Source: Paraspadella gotoi (Eukaryota > Animalia > Chaetognatha). From it: 64,000 nt of DNA. Shown here one piece after another: positions 25,258-40,536 of this stretch. The translations under genes were made by a program, and so were the position numbers. The stretch's first letter is position 1. The number at the start of each line of letters is the position of its first letter. Under the pieces are notes generated by a model, which was not told where the DNA came from, did no database searches, and saw nothing but the letters and a program-made list of their open reading frames with translations. Location of the stretch: positions 12,949,039-13,013,038 of the forward strand of contig CM119271.1 in the NCBI GenBank assembly GCA_051294375.1. Direction: 5' to 3'.

Positions 25258-26082
25258 AGAGGAGAGAGACATTTTTACAAGTTTTCCCTCGAATATTTTG
25301 GGCGACTTTAAAACGTCGAGAAGAGAAAAAAAGGAGGAGGGAAAAAATGACGAGAAAAATTGAAGGAAAAACAAAACTGAGATGTCGACCAAGGGAGATG
25401 AAAAAAGGGAGATGGCGAATGGGAGAATGGCAAAAGAGAGATGGCAAAATGGGATATAGTGACACGAGCTGGCGAAGGGAGATACGCCAAAATGGTTATG
25501 CGAAAGGATATGGCAAAAAGAGAGATGGCGAAATGGATTATGGTATCACCGAGATGGCGAAAGGGACACATGTCAAAGTAAGATGGCGAAATGGAATGGT
25601 GACAACAGAGATGTCGAAAGGGAGGTGGCAAAAGGGAAATGGCGAATGGATAATGGGTAAAAGAGGATGGCGAAACGGAAATGGTGACAACAGAGGTGGC
25701 GAAAATGGAGATGGTATCTTAAAATTATTTTTTATTTTTGTTTGAAACATTTTTTTTAACAAATTTGTGGCGAAAAGCAAATAAAGCCTAATTTTTTTTT
25801 TTTCTCTGACTTTTGTCCATCTCTCTACAAGATTATTACCATAGCAGGACCTTTCAATCATCAAATAAATCTTTCAAACAAGACGCTCTCTAATATTTGA
25901 GTTTATACAGTCCCAGAGTGGTACCATGGCTCCATGATCAATCAATCTTAAACTGGTTTTAGTTAAATAATTGAATTCATTTCCTATTCAGTACAAACGT
26001 TTTAAAAAAAGGGAAAGGAGAGATTTTTTATTGAAAGAAAAAACGAGAGCATTGATTTTATCAAGAAGACGAAAAGAGAGGA

Positions 26083-26164
<82 letters not shown>

Positions 26165-26277
26165 GAGAGAGTGAGAGAGTAAGAGAGAGAGGAGAAAAAA
26201 GGGCGCTAAGTCGATGCGAAAGTAATAAATAATAAATAGAACGAATAAATGAATGACGGACTTGAAGAATTCTTGAG

Positions 26278-26359
<82 letters not shown>

Positions 26360-29300
26360 GAAGAACCGCATAACGTTCTTTTCGAAAAGACAGATATAAA
26401 TGGCAATTATGATAAATGGCATCGGTGGCAATTAATGATATAATGGCATCGGTTGGCAAATTAATGATAAATGGAATCGGTGGCAACTATGATAAATGGC
26501 ATGGTGCAAGCTATATAATGGCAATCGGTGGCAACTATGAAATAAATGGATCGGTGGAAATTAATATTGATGTGAAGTTGCAATTTGCCAAGGAGAGGCA
26601 AGCAGGGAAGGAGTGGCAAGATGGCGGAGAATAAAAGAATGAGAAATATGGCAAACGAGAGTTTGAGAACGATATAATCGATATGGCAAAGGAAACGGCA
26701 AAGCCGAGATGTCAATGGAGAAAGCAATTGGGGAAATGGGTTTGGCAATGGAGATAACTATCGGATAGCTATCTAAATGGCAAACGCGGCGGCGTTTAAA
26801 AGTTAAATTGTCTGCTTCTTTCTTCTCTTTTTTCCGCGCATGGCGTCCTTCTTATTGAGCTTCGCTTTGAGCGTTAAAGATTTAAGAAATCCCAGGAAGA
26901 CACAAAAAAAATATTTTGGAAGCGAATTTTATGAAACAAGTTGAGCAAAACAATGTCGGATCTGCCTACGATATTAAGCGGTAATCCAGCTAATCAGAAG
27001 ATAATTACGCACTCGTATTAGCCCAGTATCTTTCAACAGTTATGAGTGATCCCTAACTGATCATAACTGATGAAGATCGTAACGTGTATACCAAAATTCC
27101 AATTCGCTCGTACATCGAGGATTACGACGATAATGAGTTAAACGGTATCTTTAGCACGCGGATTCGGCATATTTTTTTAAATTATTATCTTTTTTCAACT
27201 TGCATCATTTTTTTAAACTTGTATCATTTTTTCCACTTGCATAATTTTTTCAACTTGCATACATTTTTTTACTTGCAAATCATTTTTTTCAAATTGAAAT
27301 CATTTTTTAAATTTATTAATTAATAAACATTTAATGAGTAAGCATAATATAATAAAATTCAAGTATGTGACTTAACGTTTTTTCATTTAAACTCATTTCC
27401 ACTTGCACGATTCCATCGAACTTTTTATTTAGCTCAAATCACGACTACTTTCCTTACTCACAAACAAAATTAATTCCAAATCCCACCATCCATCTCGAGT
27501 AATTGGGAGTTTTTTGGTAAAGGGTGGAATGGACGGAAACGGACGGACCAACAGACAGAGGAGACAGACAGACAGACGGATAGGGACGGACGGATGGACA
27601 TTTTTTTGCAAATTTAATACAATTTATCATTAATTGATGTTCTGAACATGATTAGTGAATGCCCGAAAGATTGAGAGGGCGAACCGACGGACCGACAAAG
27701 TATATAGGCGGGATCCTGCTGATAAGCTGATAAAAATTGAAAGCATAAAGAAACATAAAAGAACAGGGAGGGATAAGGGAAACGTTGTGACTGCCTTGAT
27801 GGACGAGAAAGAGAGAGAGAGGAGAGAGAGAGAAGAGAGAGAGAGAGAGAGGAGGAGAGAGAGAGAGAAAGGGATTTAGAAGAAAGTTTTTTTTCCTTTT
27901 TGAGAGAAAAAGACCAAAATTGAACGTTTTTTTTTTCAAAAAATATAAAGATGAATATTATTTTAGTATAAGACTAAAATAGTAAATAGTATAAAGACTA
28001 AAATTTAGTATAAAGAGCTAATAAATGAACAATTTTTATTTCTGAGAAATTAAGTGAAACATGAAACTGAAACTGAAACAGAAACTTTCCTTTGAATTTA
28101 TACTGATATTATTTGATAAAGAAGCACGTGAAACAAACGAAACTATGAAAAGAGGTTATGATCGAAATGCTGGAAACCTTAAAACCGCCATAGCCTGTCC
28201 AGTCAAAGGCAAGATCGCTTTAGGTCATTGAATGGAATTAATGAATGAATGAATGAATGAATGAATGAATGGGATGAATGGATAAATGAATGGATTAATG
28301 AATTGAATGAATGAATAAATGATGAATGAATGAATTGAATGAATGGAATGTGCAAAAAAACTCTAAAGAAAATTTCATTAGCGAAGCTAAAAATGTTTCC
28401 TGATTCTACTACTTTTTTTTAGGTAAAAAAAAAAAGAGAAAAACCCATTCCCTCCCCCAAAAATGGCTAAAAATAGAATTTCGCCCTTTTTGAAAAAAAA
28501 AAGTAAAAAGTAAAGACACGTCATGGAAATTTTTAAATGATTTCAAAAGAGAAAGAGGGAGGGGGAAAATGCCGGAAGCTTTTCTTTTTCCAAAAAAAAA
28601 GAAGTTAAACCATTCAGCGATAATCTTAACTTTTTTTTATGTAAAGATAGGATGAAGATGACTGCACGGAGACTACCGGACGTTAAAAACAGGTTTTAAT
28701 GATTAACTTTTATAGTTTTTATACCTATGAATTTGTATATATCATGGTCTTATAAAATGGTACACCGATATTAAAATATCATTTAATATCAATAAGCTAG
28801 GCGAACATGCTTTCCTAACTTTTGACAGGCGCCGCGATCCCTCTTACGAAAATAGTAATTAGGTTTTAATCGAGGATTTCTTACTCAGATTAGTCTGTGA
28901 ACTCCCAGAACACCTGGCTTGCCAAAATACTACTTATTTATAAATCTATATAGGTACTATTTTCAATACGGTCAAATACAATACATATTTCTTAACTTTT
29001 ATCTAACATTGAGAAACTTTATTCATTTTTAATAAGTATTATAATGAGTGATAAAAGATTCATTTTCTTCAATTTTCTTTCTTCAATAGAAATAAACAAC
29101 AATTGAGCAATAACAATAAACATTTGAAATAAAATAAAACAGGGAAAGAGACACCCTTCTTCATTTTTAATGGATCCCATAAAGGAGCGCGACAGAGAGA
29201 GAGAGAGAGACAGAGTGAGGAAGAGAGAGAGAAAGAATTTTTAAAGCAGAGAATAAAAAGCAAGAAAGGAGGAAAATAGAGAAGAACAAGGAGAGAGAGA

Positions 29301-29761
29301 AGAGAGAGACGAGAGATAAGAATAGAAATCAGAAATAGACAAATAGAATGATTACAACTTGAACCCTGGACAGTATGAGTACGTCTAATGGGTCCTTTTG
29401 TCTAATAATGCTGAAGGGTCCAATACTAAAAACACAGAATTCTTTATAGTACACAATATTAGGCAGGACTGTGTCCTTTTTTTCTAAAGAACCTTGGCAA
29501 TAAACAAATACACATCTTCATGTAGTTAAAATTTGTAAGTTTTCTACTGTCTATTCGACCGCATTCAACTCCAGAACTGGCCGATTGGCCATCGTTCAGA
29601 AGCAGAGGGCCTGTTGGCTGTCTCCAGGGCCGGAGGCAATGACGGCCAGTCCTTTCCCTGGAAGGATTCACGAAGTGGCTGGTTCCTCACTGAAGGTCCA
29701 GAGAGATTAGAGAGAGAAAGGAGAGAGAGAAGAGAGAGAGAGGAGGAGAGAAGAGAAGAGC

Positions 29762-29799
<38 letters not shown>

Positions 29800-29900
29800 T
29801 CAATTCGGATAGGATTTAATCCGCCGCCTCGAGCGGGAATATAGTTTTAGAAATGGGCTGAAGCGCTGTTTTTAAATAGTTTTATTTTTATCCAATTGAG
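21180..29900 (-). repeat. Left arm of a giant inverted repeat (reverse complement of ~30400-41580)
   Basis: Reverse-complement matches: 21180-24810 with 41580-38160, 25320-26050 with 34260-33555, 26400-29320 with 33274-30570, 29800-29900 with 30495-30400. Confidence 0.9.
25378..25716. repeat. Degenerate short-period repeat built on GAGATGGCGAAA / ATGGCAAAA
   Basis: Motif recurs more than ten times. Reverse-complement copy at ~33875-34203. Confidence 0.75.
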
Positions 29901-30140
29901 TGTAGTGATCAGGTGCATACGACAGTATGTCGTGATACATTGCTTCAAAGAGCATTCGTCTAGACGGAATGATATGACTTGCTGAATATCTTATGTATAT
30001 ATAGAGTGTGCTCTCGTGTTCCTTTATTCAATTCAGGACACACACTAACGCTCGTGGAATTGAAAAAAAAATATTTAAATTAATTATTTTTTTGTTTCAA
30101 TAATGAGAGAGAGAAAAGGAGAGAGAGAAAGAGAGGAGAG

Positions 30141-30171
<31 letters not shown>

Positions 30172-30176
30172 GAGAG

Positions 30177-30220
<44 letters not shown>

Positions 30221-30491
30221 ACAAAGTAAAAGACAAAAGACAAAGAAGAAATAATAAATAAGGAATGTTCTCTCAGCTGATGTAAGGAAGAGCGAGCGAA
30301 GAGAGAGAGAGGAGAAGAGAAGGAGAGAGAGAGAAGAGAGAGAAGGAGAGAGAGGCAGAAGAGAGAGGAAATAAATGTTAGAAAAAAGAATAGTTGCATA
30401 AATAATTGATAAAATAACTTTTAAAAACAGACGCTCAGCCCATTTCTATAAACTATATTCCCGCTCGGCGGAATTTAAATCTCTATCCGAA

Positions 30492-30576
<85 letters not shown>

Positions 30577-31920
30577 TGTTCTTCTTCTATTTCCTCCTTT
30601 CTTGCCTTTTTATTCTCTGCTTTAAAAAATTTCTTTCTCTCTCTCTCTCACTCTGTCTCTCTCTCTCTCTCTGTCGCGCTCCTTTATGGATCCATAAAAA
30701 ATGAAGAAGGGTGTCTCTTTCCCTGTTTTATTTTATTTCAATTGTTTATTGTTTATTGCTCAATTGTTGTTTATTTCTATTGAAGAGAAAATGAAGAAAA
30801 TGATATCTTTTATCACTGATTATAATACTTGATTAAAAAATGAATAAAGTTTCTCAATGTTAGATAAAGTAAGAAATATGTATTGTATACCGTTATTGAA
30901 AAGTACCTATATAGATTTTATAAATAAGTAGGTATTGGCAAGCCAGGTGTTCTGGGAGTTCACAGACTAATCTGAGTAAGAATCCTGATTAAAAGCCTAT
31001 TACTATTTTGTAAGAGGGATCGCGGCCTGTCAAAAGTTGGAAAGCATGTTCGCTAGCTTATTGATTATTAAATGGATATTTTAATTATCGGTTGTACCCA
31101 TTTTATAAGAACCATGATATATACAAATTCATAGTTATAAAACTATAAAAGTATCATTAAAACCTGTTTAAAGTCGCAGAACGCATCTTTCAAAAAAAAA
31201 AATCCTTTTAACTTCTTTTTTTTTTGGAAGAAAGCTTCCGGCATTTTCCCCCTCCCTCTTTTCTCTTTTGAAATCATTTAAAATTTCATGACGTGTCTTT
31301 ACTTTTTTACTTTTTTTTTCAAAAGGGCGAAAAATTCTATTTTTAGCCATTTTTTGGGGGGGAATGGTTTTTCTCTTTTTTTTTACCTAAAAAAAGTAGA
31401 ATCAGGAACATTTTTAGCTTCGCTAATGAAATTTTCTTTTTAGAGGTTTTTTGCACTTTCCATTCATTCATTCATTCATTCATTCATTCATTCATTCATT
31501 AATCCATTCATTTATCCATTCATCCATTCATTCATTCATTCATTCATTCATTCATTAATCCATTCAATGACTAAGCGATCTTGCCTTTGACTTTGGACAG
31601 GCTATGGCGGTTTAAGGTTTTCCAGCATTCGATCATAACTCTTTCATAGTTTCGTTTGTTCACGTGGCTTCTTTATCAATATAATATCAGTATAATATTT
31701 CAAAGAAAGTTTCAGTTTCAGTTTCAGTTTCAGTTTCACTTAATTCTCAGAAATAAAATTGTTCAATTTATTAGTCTTTATACTAAATTTTAGTCTTTAT
31801 ACTATTATACTATTATTAGTCTTTATACTAAATAATATTCATTTTATATTTTTTTGAAAAAAAAACGTTCAATTTTGAGTCATTTTCTCTCAAAAAGGAA
31901 AAAAAAGACTTTTCTTTCTA

Positions 31921-31984
<64 letters not shown>

Positions 31985-33145
31985 TCCATCAAGGCGTCAC
32001 CACGTTTCCCTTATCCCTCCCTGTTTTCTTTTTATGTTTCGTTTTATGCTTTCAATGTTTTATCAGCTTATCAGCAGATCCCGACTCTATAATTCACTTT
32101 GTCGGTCCGTCGGTTCGCCCTCTCAATCTTTTCGGGCATTCACTTAAATCATGTCAGAACATCTAATTATGATAAATTGTATAAATTATGCAAAAATGTC
32201 CATCCGTCCGTCCATCCGTCTGTCTGTCTGTCTCTCTGTCTGTTGGTCCGTCCGTCCGTCCATCCCCCCTTACCAAAAAACTCCAATTACTCGAGATTGG
32301 ATGGTTGGATTGGAATTAAATTTTGTTTGTGAGTAGGAAAGTGTGTGATTGAGCTAAATAAAAAGTTTCGATGGAATCGTGCAAGTGGAAATGAGTTTAA
32401 ATGAAAAAAACGTAAGTCACATTTACTTGAATTTTTATTATTTATGCTTACTCATAAATGTTTTAATTAATTAATTAAATTTAAAAAATGATTCAATTTG
32501 AAAAAATGATGCAAGTAAAAAAAATGATGCAAGTTGAAAAAATTATGCAAGTTGGAAAAATGATACAAGTTAAAAAAATGATGCAAGTTGAAAAAAGAAT
32601 AATAATTTAAAAAAATATTGCAAGCGATTAACATGTATTGGTGCAGCAATTGGTTTGGTATGATACGATCTGTTATGATCAGTTAGGATCACGAATTGAA
32701 AGAATTACCGTAATTTATCTTCTGATTAGCTGATTACCGCTTAATTATCGTAGGCAGATCCGACATTGTTTGCTCAAACTTGTTTCATAAAATTTCGCTT
32801 CCAAATATATTTTTTTTGTGTCTCTTCTGGATTTTCTTAAAATCTTTAACGCTCAAGCGAAGCTCAAGAAGACGGCGCATGCGCGGAAAAAAGAGAAGAA
32901 GCAGACAATTTAAACTTTAAACGCCGCCGACGTTGCCATTTAGATAGCTATCTCGATAGCTATCTCCATTGCCAAACCCATTTCCCCAATTGCTTTCTCC
33001 ATTGACATCTCTCTTTGCCGTTTCCTTTGCCATATCGATTATCGTCTCAACTCTCGTTTGCCATTTCTCATCTTTTATCTCGCCATCTTGCCATCTCTTC
33101 CTTGCTTGCCTCTCCTTGCAAATTGCCACCTTCACCATCAATTAT

Positions 33146-33274
33146 AATTGCCACCGATGCCATTTATCATAGTTGCCACCGATGCCATTTATTATAGTTG
33201 CCACCGATGCCATTTATCATAGTTGCCACCGATTCCATTTATCATAATTGCCACCGATGCCATTTATCATAATT
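33146..33274. repeat. 25-bp minisatellite running into a gap
   Basis: Unit (g/a)ttgccaccgatgccatttatcata, 5 units visible. Reverse-complement copy at ~26398-26560. Confidence 0.9.
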
Positions 33275-34269
33275 NNNNNNNNNNNNNNNNNNNNNNNNNN
33301 NNNNNNNNNNNNNNNNNNNNNNNNNNNNNNNNNNNNNNNNNNNNNNNNNNNNNNNNNNNNNNNNNNNNNNNNNNNNNNNNNNNNNNNNNNNNNNNNNNNN
33401 NNNNNNNNNNNNNNNNNNNNNNNNNNNNNNNNNNNNNNNNNNNNNNNNNNNNNNNNNNNNNNNNNNNNNNNNNNNNNNNNNNNNNNNNNNNNNNNNNNNN
33501 NNNNNNNNNNNNNNNNNNNNNNNNNNNNNNNNNNNNNNNNNNNNNNNNNNNNNTCTCGTTCTTTCAATAAAAAATTCTCTCCTTCCCTTTTTAAACGTTT
33601 TGTACTGATAGGATGAATCAATTAATTTAACTAAACCAGTTTAAGTTGATTGATCATGGAAGCCAGGTACCACTCTGGGACTGTATAAACTCAAATATTA
33701 GAGAGCGTCTTGTTTGAAAGATTGATTGATTGATTGAAAGGGTCCTGCTATGTTAATATCTTGTAAGAGAGATGGAGACCAAAAGTCAGAGAAAAAATTA
33801 GGCTTTTATTTGTTTTCGCCACAAATTTGTTAAAAAAATGTTTCAAACAAAAAAATATAAAACTAATTTAAGATACCATCTCCATTTCGCCACCTCTGTG
33901 TCACCATTTCCGTTTCGCCATCTCTCTTTTACCATTTCCATTTCGCCATTTCCCTTTTGCCACCTCCCTTTCGACATCTCTGTGTCACCATTTCCATTTC
34001 GCCATCTTACTTTTGACATGTCCCTTTCGCCATCTCGGTGATACCATATCCATTTCGCCATCTCTCTTTTGCCATATCCCTTTCGCATAACCATTTTGCT
34101 ATCTCCCTTTCGCCAGCTCTGTGTCACTATATCCATTTTGCCATCTCTCTTTTGCCATCTCCCATTCGCCATCTCCCTTTTGTCATCTCCCTTTCGACAT
34201 CTCAGTTTTGTTTTTCCCTTCAATTTTCTCGTCATTTTTCTTCCTCCTCCTTTTTTCTCTTCCAACACA

Positions 34270-37200
34270 CAAAAAGGAGAATGACCGCACGTGTACTTTC
34301 ACTCCGTTCGTCTCTCTCTCTTCTTCCTCTCTCTTCATCTCTCATTACTCTTTTCTTTCTTAGTCTCTCTCTTCCCTCATACAGTCTCACCTCCTTCTTT
34401 ATCAGCCTACGAAACTTCTTCTCAAGCTCGCTCCTACCCGCTCTCATATAATGTACAGTGGTGCTATCATAAGATATTTGTTGATTGGAATTATTAGAGC
34501 TATATATAAAAGACTTCTGGGAACCGTTAGCTCTTCTCAAAGAGCAAAGCTATCTCTGGTACATCACTCCTAAAGATTTCGTGCGCGCCTTCTTTCTTCC
34601 TTTCCAATTCGGGGCGGGAGGACTTTTGATGATCGGGGAGCTTCTCAACTAGGTATCTGGACCACATGTGCTTTTAACGCATTTCCACTAGCATGCTCCA
34701 GGGCAAGCAAGTGTTCGAATAAGTCAGGAAACTGGTCCAATTTTGGCGTACGAATTCTAGCATGCCGGCACACGTTAAGATGTTGGATTAAGAAGGGACT
34801 GTGGCAATGGCTCTCTTCACCGATTGCTAGCATGCCGGGCCAAGTAATGGTTGTCGATATACAGGAAACCTGGTAAGCCTTTTCACAGATTCGAGTGATA
34901 TTGGCTCACAGCAACGTATAGTGTTCAATAAAGGCGTATGGCATTGCTTAAAGATTCCGCTATGCAGTCCCTGGCGCAGTGAGTTTCAGCATAAAGGTCC
35001 CTGGCATTCTTTCCTAAACTCTATCCTAACGCGTCTATCAGTCTCAATATCACGTTTCCTGCTCGTATCCGCTCTCGGAATGTCGGGTCTTAAACTAATA
35101 TCCCGCCACCTCTGCTTCACTCACGCTCGTCGCGTAGCCACTCTCTCGTACTCTCACGTCTCTGCTACGTCGATCGATGCGTCTCTCTCTCTTTTCGTGC
35201 TTGCTTGAATTAATATCAATGTCTCGGTCTTTCAATAGAAAATTCTCTCCTATTCCCGTTTTTAAAACGTTTTGTAGCTTTGATAGGCATGAATCAAATG
35301 CTTATTTAATTCTACCAACTGGACGAAGACACAGACGCCTACGCCTTCATATGGAGCTTTGAAAGAGCATCAACCTCTGGATGGAGGAAATTCATGCGTA
35401 CGCCTTACTTCTGAGCCATCTGCGTAAGAGGTAAGTGTAAAGTATCTGACAAACAGGTTTACTCTAGAGAAGAAGAGACGTCATTTGTCTATCGATTAAT
35501 GATTGATTGACTCTCGATTGGAGAAGGGTCGCTGCTATGTGTTATATATTTGGCTGTGTGAAGGTTAGAGATCCGGAGAGGCCTCGTTATATTAAAAAAA
35601 AAGGTCGGTCCAGGCACCAAGGGAAACCGGGAGAGAGGAAACGAGGAACACGAGTGATTCTTGAAAAGGGGCCCCCGGTTTTGGAACTAATTTCTCTTTT
35701 TTATTTGTAATGTTGCGGGGAGAATTTGCTCCACTAAAATATGATGAGAGGTGTAATTAAAAAAATGTATATTCATTAAAGACTATTAAATAAATTAATA
35801 ATTATAAACTTAAAGTTTATGTTAAGAATAGGTGCACAAATCGGTTTCGCCTATTTATTCCGATTCACAGCCGTATTTTTGATTGCCTCGCGGTGTCACG
35901 ACTGATAAGTTCACTCGGCACATCATATCTTTTACGACGCGCCAGTTCCACTTCGCCCAATTTACCGCTGGTTGACACCTATCACATCACTAAGCGGAGA
36001 GAGCGGGATGGTAAATTCGCCTTGGGTTCAGAACACATCATCTGTATAGTAATAATCAGCTCTAAATTGTATATATATCCATTATCACTGAGCGCTATCT
36101 TACTATCGTGACGCGCAGATTGTCCACATTCTCCGCTCATTTAACTTCGATCTGTGTGTGCTATAAGCGGCGACATGTACTTGCGCGCCTTTATTTAACT
36201 GGGTTTCGGGACAAATGCTCACGTTCTAGCTGTGTGGCAATTATTCAATAATCGTTCTGTCTTATAATCTATAAGCCTCATCGATTAGTGCGTACACTCC
36301 ACATAATTTCGACCAGATGTTCTTTGTCTCATGATATTTCCATTGCTTGACAGAGTCATTATTCTCTTATTGCGGGATCCTCCTTTCTATTCCGGCAGAA
36401 CAGAGTATCGGTTCGGGAACACCCTTATATGATCATTACATCCCACTTTGTCAGACATCCATCAGATTTTTATGTTCATATATGCTCTCACCCTATCCCA
36501 ATTCATTAAACATCACGTACATATTTAGTAATATCTTCTTATCGCTTCGCCTCGGGAGACTTAGTTATGGTAACATTCCAGAACAGATTTTTTTGGTTTA
36601 ATTGTATACAGCTATTACTCTAGTGGACAAAAAAATTATATTCGTAGGGAAACTTTTTTCGACTAAAGAAAGATTCATCTCGCATCCTCGGCTTCGTTCT
36701 GCTCCATTTTATAATCCTCAGATTCTTTCCACCTACCCCTCTGTCATTTTTTTTAATCTGTACCGTCCTCTCGGGCCTCTACCTTTCACCCCGTACTCTG
36801 CTCTCGACACTCTCTGCCCTCCTACCATTCTTCCTCGCATTCCGACCTCGTCTCTCGGATCCGTGCGCTGCTCGGACTGCGGTCCTATTCTCGTCTCCTC
36901 CGCGCTTACGTGATATTTGCCTTGTCTCGCGTTGTCTATTCCAACTCGCGGTGCGACGACATATGTTAAGCAATACTTCGGGATACTGACGGATTTAGTC
37001 TCTCACCCATTTCCGGATGTCTCATAGTTATTTTCTCTCTCTCTCTCTGCATCACTGCCAATGCTATCGGTTTTCCATTTATCTCTGGAAGGAATCATAC
37101 CTCTCGGTGAGTAGCGACAGATGGTACGAATCTCACCTGATTTGAGCGGCAATCATTGGCTAGGGAGGGCAAATCATTCGCCGGGGATTCCTATGGTCCG

Positions 37201-38128
37201 GGTGGGCCGCCGAGCCTACAGTTGTACATCGAGCGCGTGCGTCGGTCGCGTCGCCTTCTAAATCATCATCTATATCGTTCCATCTCCATCTCATCATTTA
37301 TATCCGCATGCAATAGAGCGTTGTTCTTCGCGCTATCAGTTTCGCGGCAGGTTCCAGACGAGCTACCTGCGCTAATGCGTTCTACTTTGATATCTCTCCT
37401 CTTTTTCACGTTGCTCACTCAACTTGTAACAATTATTTTCTCGTTCTCTTAATCAATGTTTGTTTTTTTTTGCGAGTGCGCCAGAGTCTAGGGTGTCGGT
37501 TTGAGAAACTCATGGATTTCATAGGAACTTAACACCAAGGATGAGATTTAAGTTTCTGGTGGTCAAGAAATAGAGAAATGGATGGTCTGAGACACCAGCG
37601 GATACTGGGAAAAGCTACAGTCAATACTTAAGGTCTATTTAGTTATCCTAAAGAGAAAGAGGATCGGTGGGTCAGTGGTAAGATTCTTTGACCAGAATGC
37701 TGGTTTGTGAGGCTGGGCAGCGTTCCATAAAATATGCTTAGACCAGGGGTAATTTTTATCTTTGGATGTACCCATTCTCCACTGCTTCTCCATTGCTTTT
37801 CCACATCAGACTTTCAAAATTGCAGATGGACGGGCGTTTGACAGAATTCATTGACACTGTCGCTCATGTTGCGGAACGTTGTATCTATCGGTGGACCCAT
37901 GGCTTCCGACGTCATCCTCATGGATTAGGAAATGCCGATTTGCGGAGGTCGCCGGAAATATGGAACCGCGACGGTCAATGTGAAACTACCAAATGTCCAC
38001 ATTCATTGGGCTAAACCGTGTTATGGATATTCGTCTCTCATCTCGTGCGAAATCATGCTCGATTACTGTCATCCTATCATCTCTCTAGATTATCATATAT
38101 TATACTTCCTCGACTCTGATTCCAAAGT
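34270..38128. other. Very low-quality read-like sequence
   Basis: 35220 onward is an insertion-inflated echo of 33554-34260 (tctcggtctttcaatagaaaattctctcc versus tctcgttctttcaataaaaaattctctcc). The opposite palindrome arm has only about 0.5 kb (24810-25320) at this position. Confidence 0.65.
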
Positions 38129-38736
38129 NNNNNNNNNNNNNNNNNNNNNNNNNTCTGATTCCACCGTGTTTGACGCCGCCGACGAGTTTATCGTTCCATC
38201 GAGATTCCATCGTAAAATCTGACGACGGCGCCGAGAAGATTCGTAGATGTCCTGCCAAGGTTATTGTAAGGCCTTTCAGAGGCCTTTAAGACGCCCTCAA
38301 GAGGCCTTGTAGAGGCCATTAAGCTGCCTTGAAGGGGCCCTCAAGAGGCCTTTAAATAGTAACAGAACTGGCGCAACGAGAAATAATTTTTAACTATGAA
38401 ACTTTTTCTCAAATTTGACATAACGTTTGGTTTATTTTATTCATTTATTCATTCATTCATTCATTCATTCATTCNNNNNNNNNNNNNNNNNNNNNTTCAT
38501 TCATTCATTCATTTATTCATTCATTCATTCATTCAATCATATTAAAACCAATATACATCATATTCGTATCTCATAAGTTTATAATTAAATAAATGTTTGT
38601 AGTAGTTTTATTTTTAGTTTTCATTTCAAATTAACATTAAGTTAATATTTCTTCTTAATTTTCGTATGTAAAATTCTTTTTTTTTATAGCAAAATAGAAT
38701 TTTCTCTTTTGTCTCGAAAGTCCATGATTTTCGAAA

Positions 38737-38781
<45 letters not shown>

Positions 38782-39249
38782 TGTGACCTTTGAAAAGCTT
38801 TTGGGTCAACGAAGCTGAAACTTCCCTTGAAGAATAGAGTGGGAGGGAGAGAGTGAGAGGGAGAAGGGGAGGGAGGAAAGAAGGAAGGGAGAGAGAGAGA
38901 AAAGGAGGGAGGAGAAGATATACTGAATCAAGAGGAAGAGGAAGAGGAAAAGCGAATAAGAAGAACAAAGAATGTAAGGAGAATCACAACGGGTGGACAA
39001 AGCTAAAGACAGAGAGNNNNNNNNNNNNNNNNNNNNNNNNNNNNNNNNNNNNNNNNNNNNNNNNNNNNNNNNNNNNNNNNNNNNNNNNNNNNNNNNNNNN
39101 NNNNNNNNNNNNNNNNNNNNNNNNNNNNNNNNNNNNNNNNNNNNNNNNNNNNNNNNNNNNNNNNNNNNNNNNNNNNNNNNNNNNNNNNNNNNNNNNNNNN
39201 NNNNNNNNNNNNNNNNNNNNNNNNNNNNNNNNNNNNNNNNNNNNNNNNN

Positions 39250-39285
<36 letters not shown>

Positions 39286-40007
39286 GCTTATCGCCTTCGT
39301 AACTCATTCGTCCTTCCCATAAAAGGATCTCAAACTTCAGGCCAAAGGAGGATGTCGTCCTCATTGTCATTAAAGTCTTTATCGTTGTCATCATCGTTGA
39401 CTTTGTCTTCTTTCTAGTCATTATTTCTTGTTCTTGTCATCGATCGTTGTCGTCATCATCGTCTTCTTCGTCCTCTTTGTCATCGTCATTATAAATGTCA
39501 GCTCGGGCGTCGTCAGTATTGTCATGATCGTCATAGTCTTTGTCATGATCGAATAAATCTTTGTCATCTACATCGTCGTCTTTATCGTCATCGCCGCTCC
39601 TCTCACTCTCCGTTCACCGGTGCCATCGATGTCGTCGTCGTCGTGATGAGATTCACGATCGTTTTCATCGTCGTCGTCGTCATCGTCGTCGTCGTCTCGT
39701 CATTCGTCATCGTAGTTGTTCGCCGTTCATCGTCTTCTTCATCGTCATCGTCTTTCGTTTTCATCGTCGTCGTCGTTCGTCGTCGTTTCGTCGTCGGCGT
39801 TCTCTTTTCGGCGTCGGTTTCCATCGTCGCCGATTTCCGTGAATGACCCACTGACGTTGACCTCTCGGAACTTTTTTCCTTTGCGATTGACGTCTGCTTT
39901 TAATTCGCTTTTATTTTGCTTTTGACCAAAAGGCAAAGTTCTTTATTATTAATTTTTCAAAGTAATATATCTTGCATATGAAATTGATTCTTTGTCTCTC
40001 TTCTTAG

Positions 40008-40089
<82 letters not shown>

Positions 40090-40201
40090 CTTTTTAATTT
40101 TATTTCATAATCCTACTTCTCCTTCGATATTATTCATTTACAATTTCCTTTCTCGTTTCCTTCCTACTATAAGCGTACTCATCTCCTTTTACTTGAATTC
40201 A

Positions 40202-40273
<72 letters not shown>

Positions 40274-40501
40274 CTTTTCTCTGTGTTTGTCACTGTCTCT
40301 CTCTTCTTTCTCTCTTAGGCTTATTCTTTTCTCTCTCTTTCTCTCTCTCTCCCCGGAAAATAGCCGCCCCGACGAACGAACTGACCGACTTTTACCGACA
40401 ATCACGCACTGACTTGACCGACGAGAGTTTCGTCTTTTCCTTTTGAATCCGCGAACGAGTGAAATTCTTTTTGGTGAGTCTTTCACGGACGTCAAGAGAG
40501 A

Positions 40502-40536
<35 letters not shown>

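Noticed and set aside
25347-25745. Gly/Lys/Arg/Trp-rich ORFs
   Set aside because: Product of the degenerate GAGATGGCGAAA repeat; frames differ in the inverted copy.
34270-38128. Apparently unique high-complexity insert (possible foreign DNA or virus)
   Set aside because: Partly an insertion-inflated echo of 33554-34260, only short ORFs, absent from the opposite arm; consistent with a low-quality read segment.
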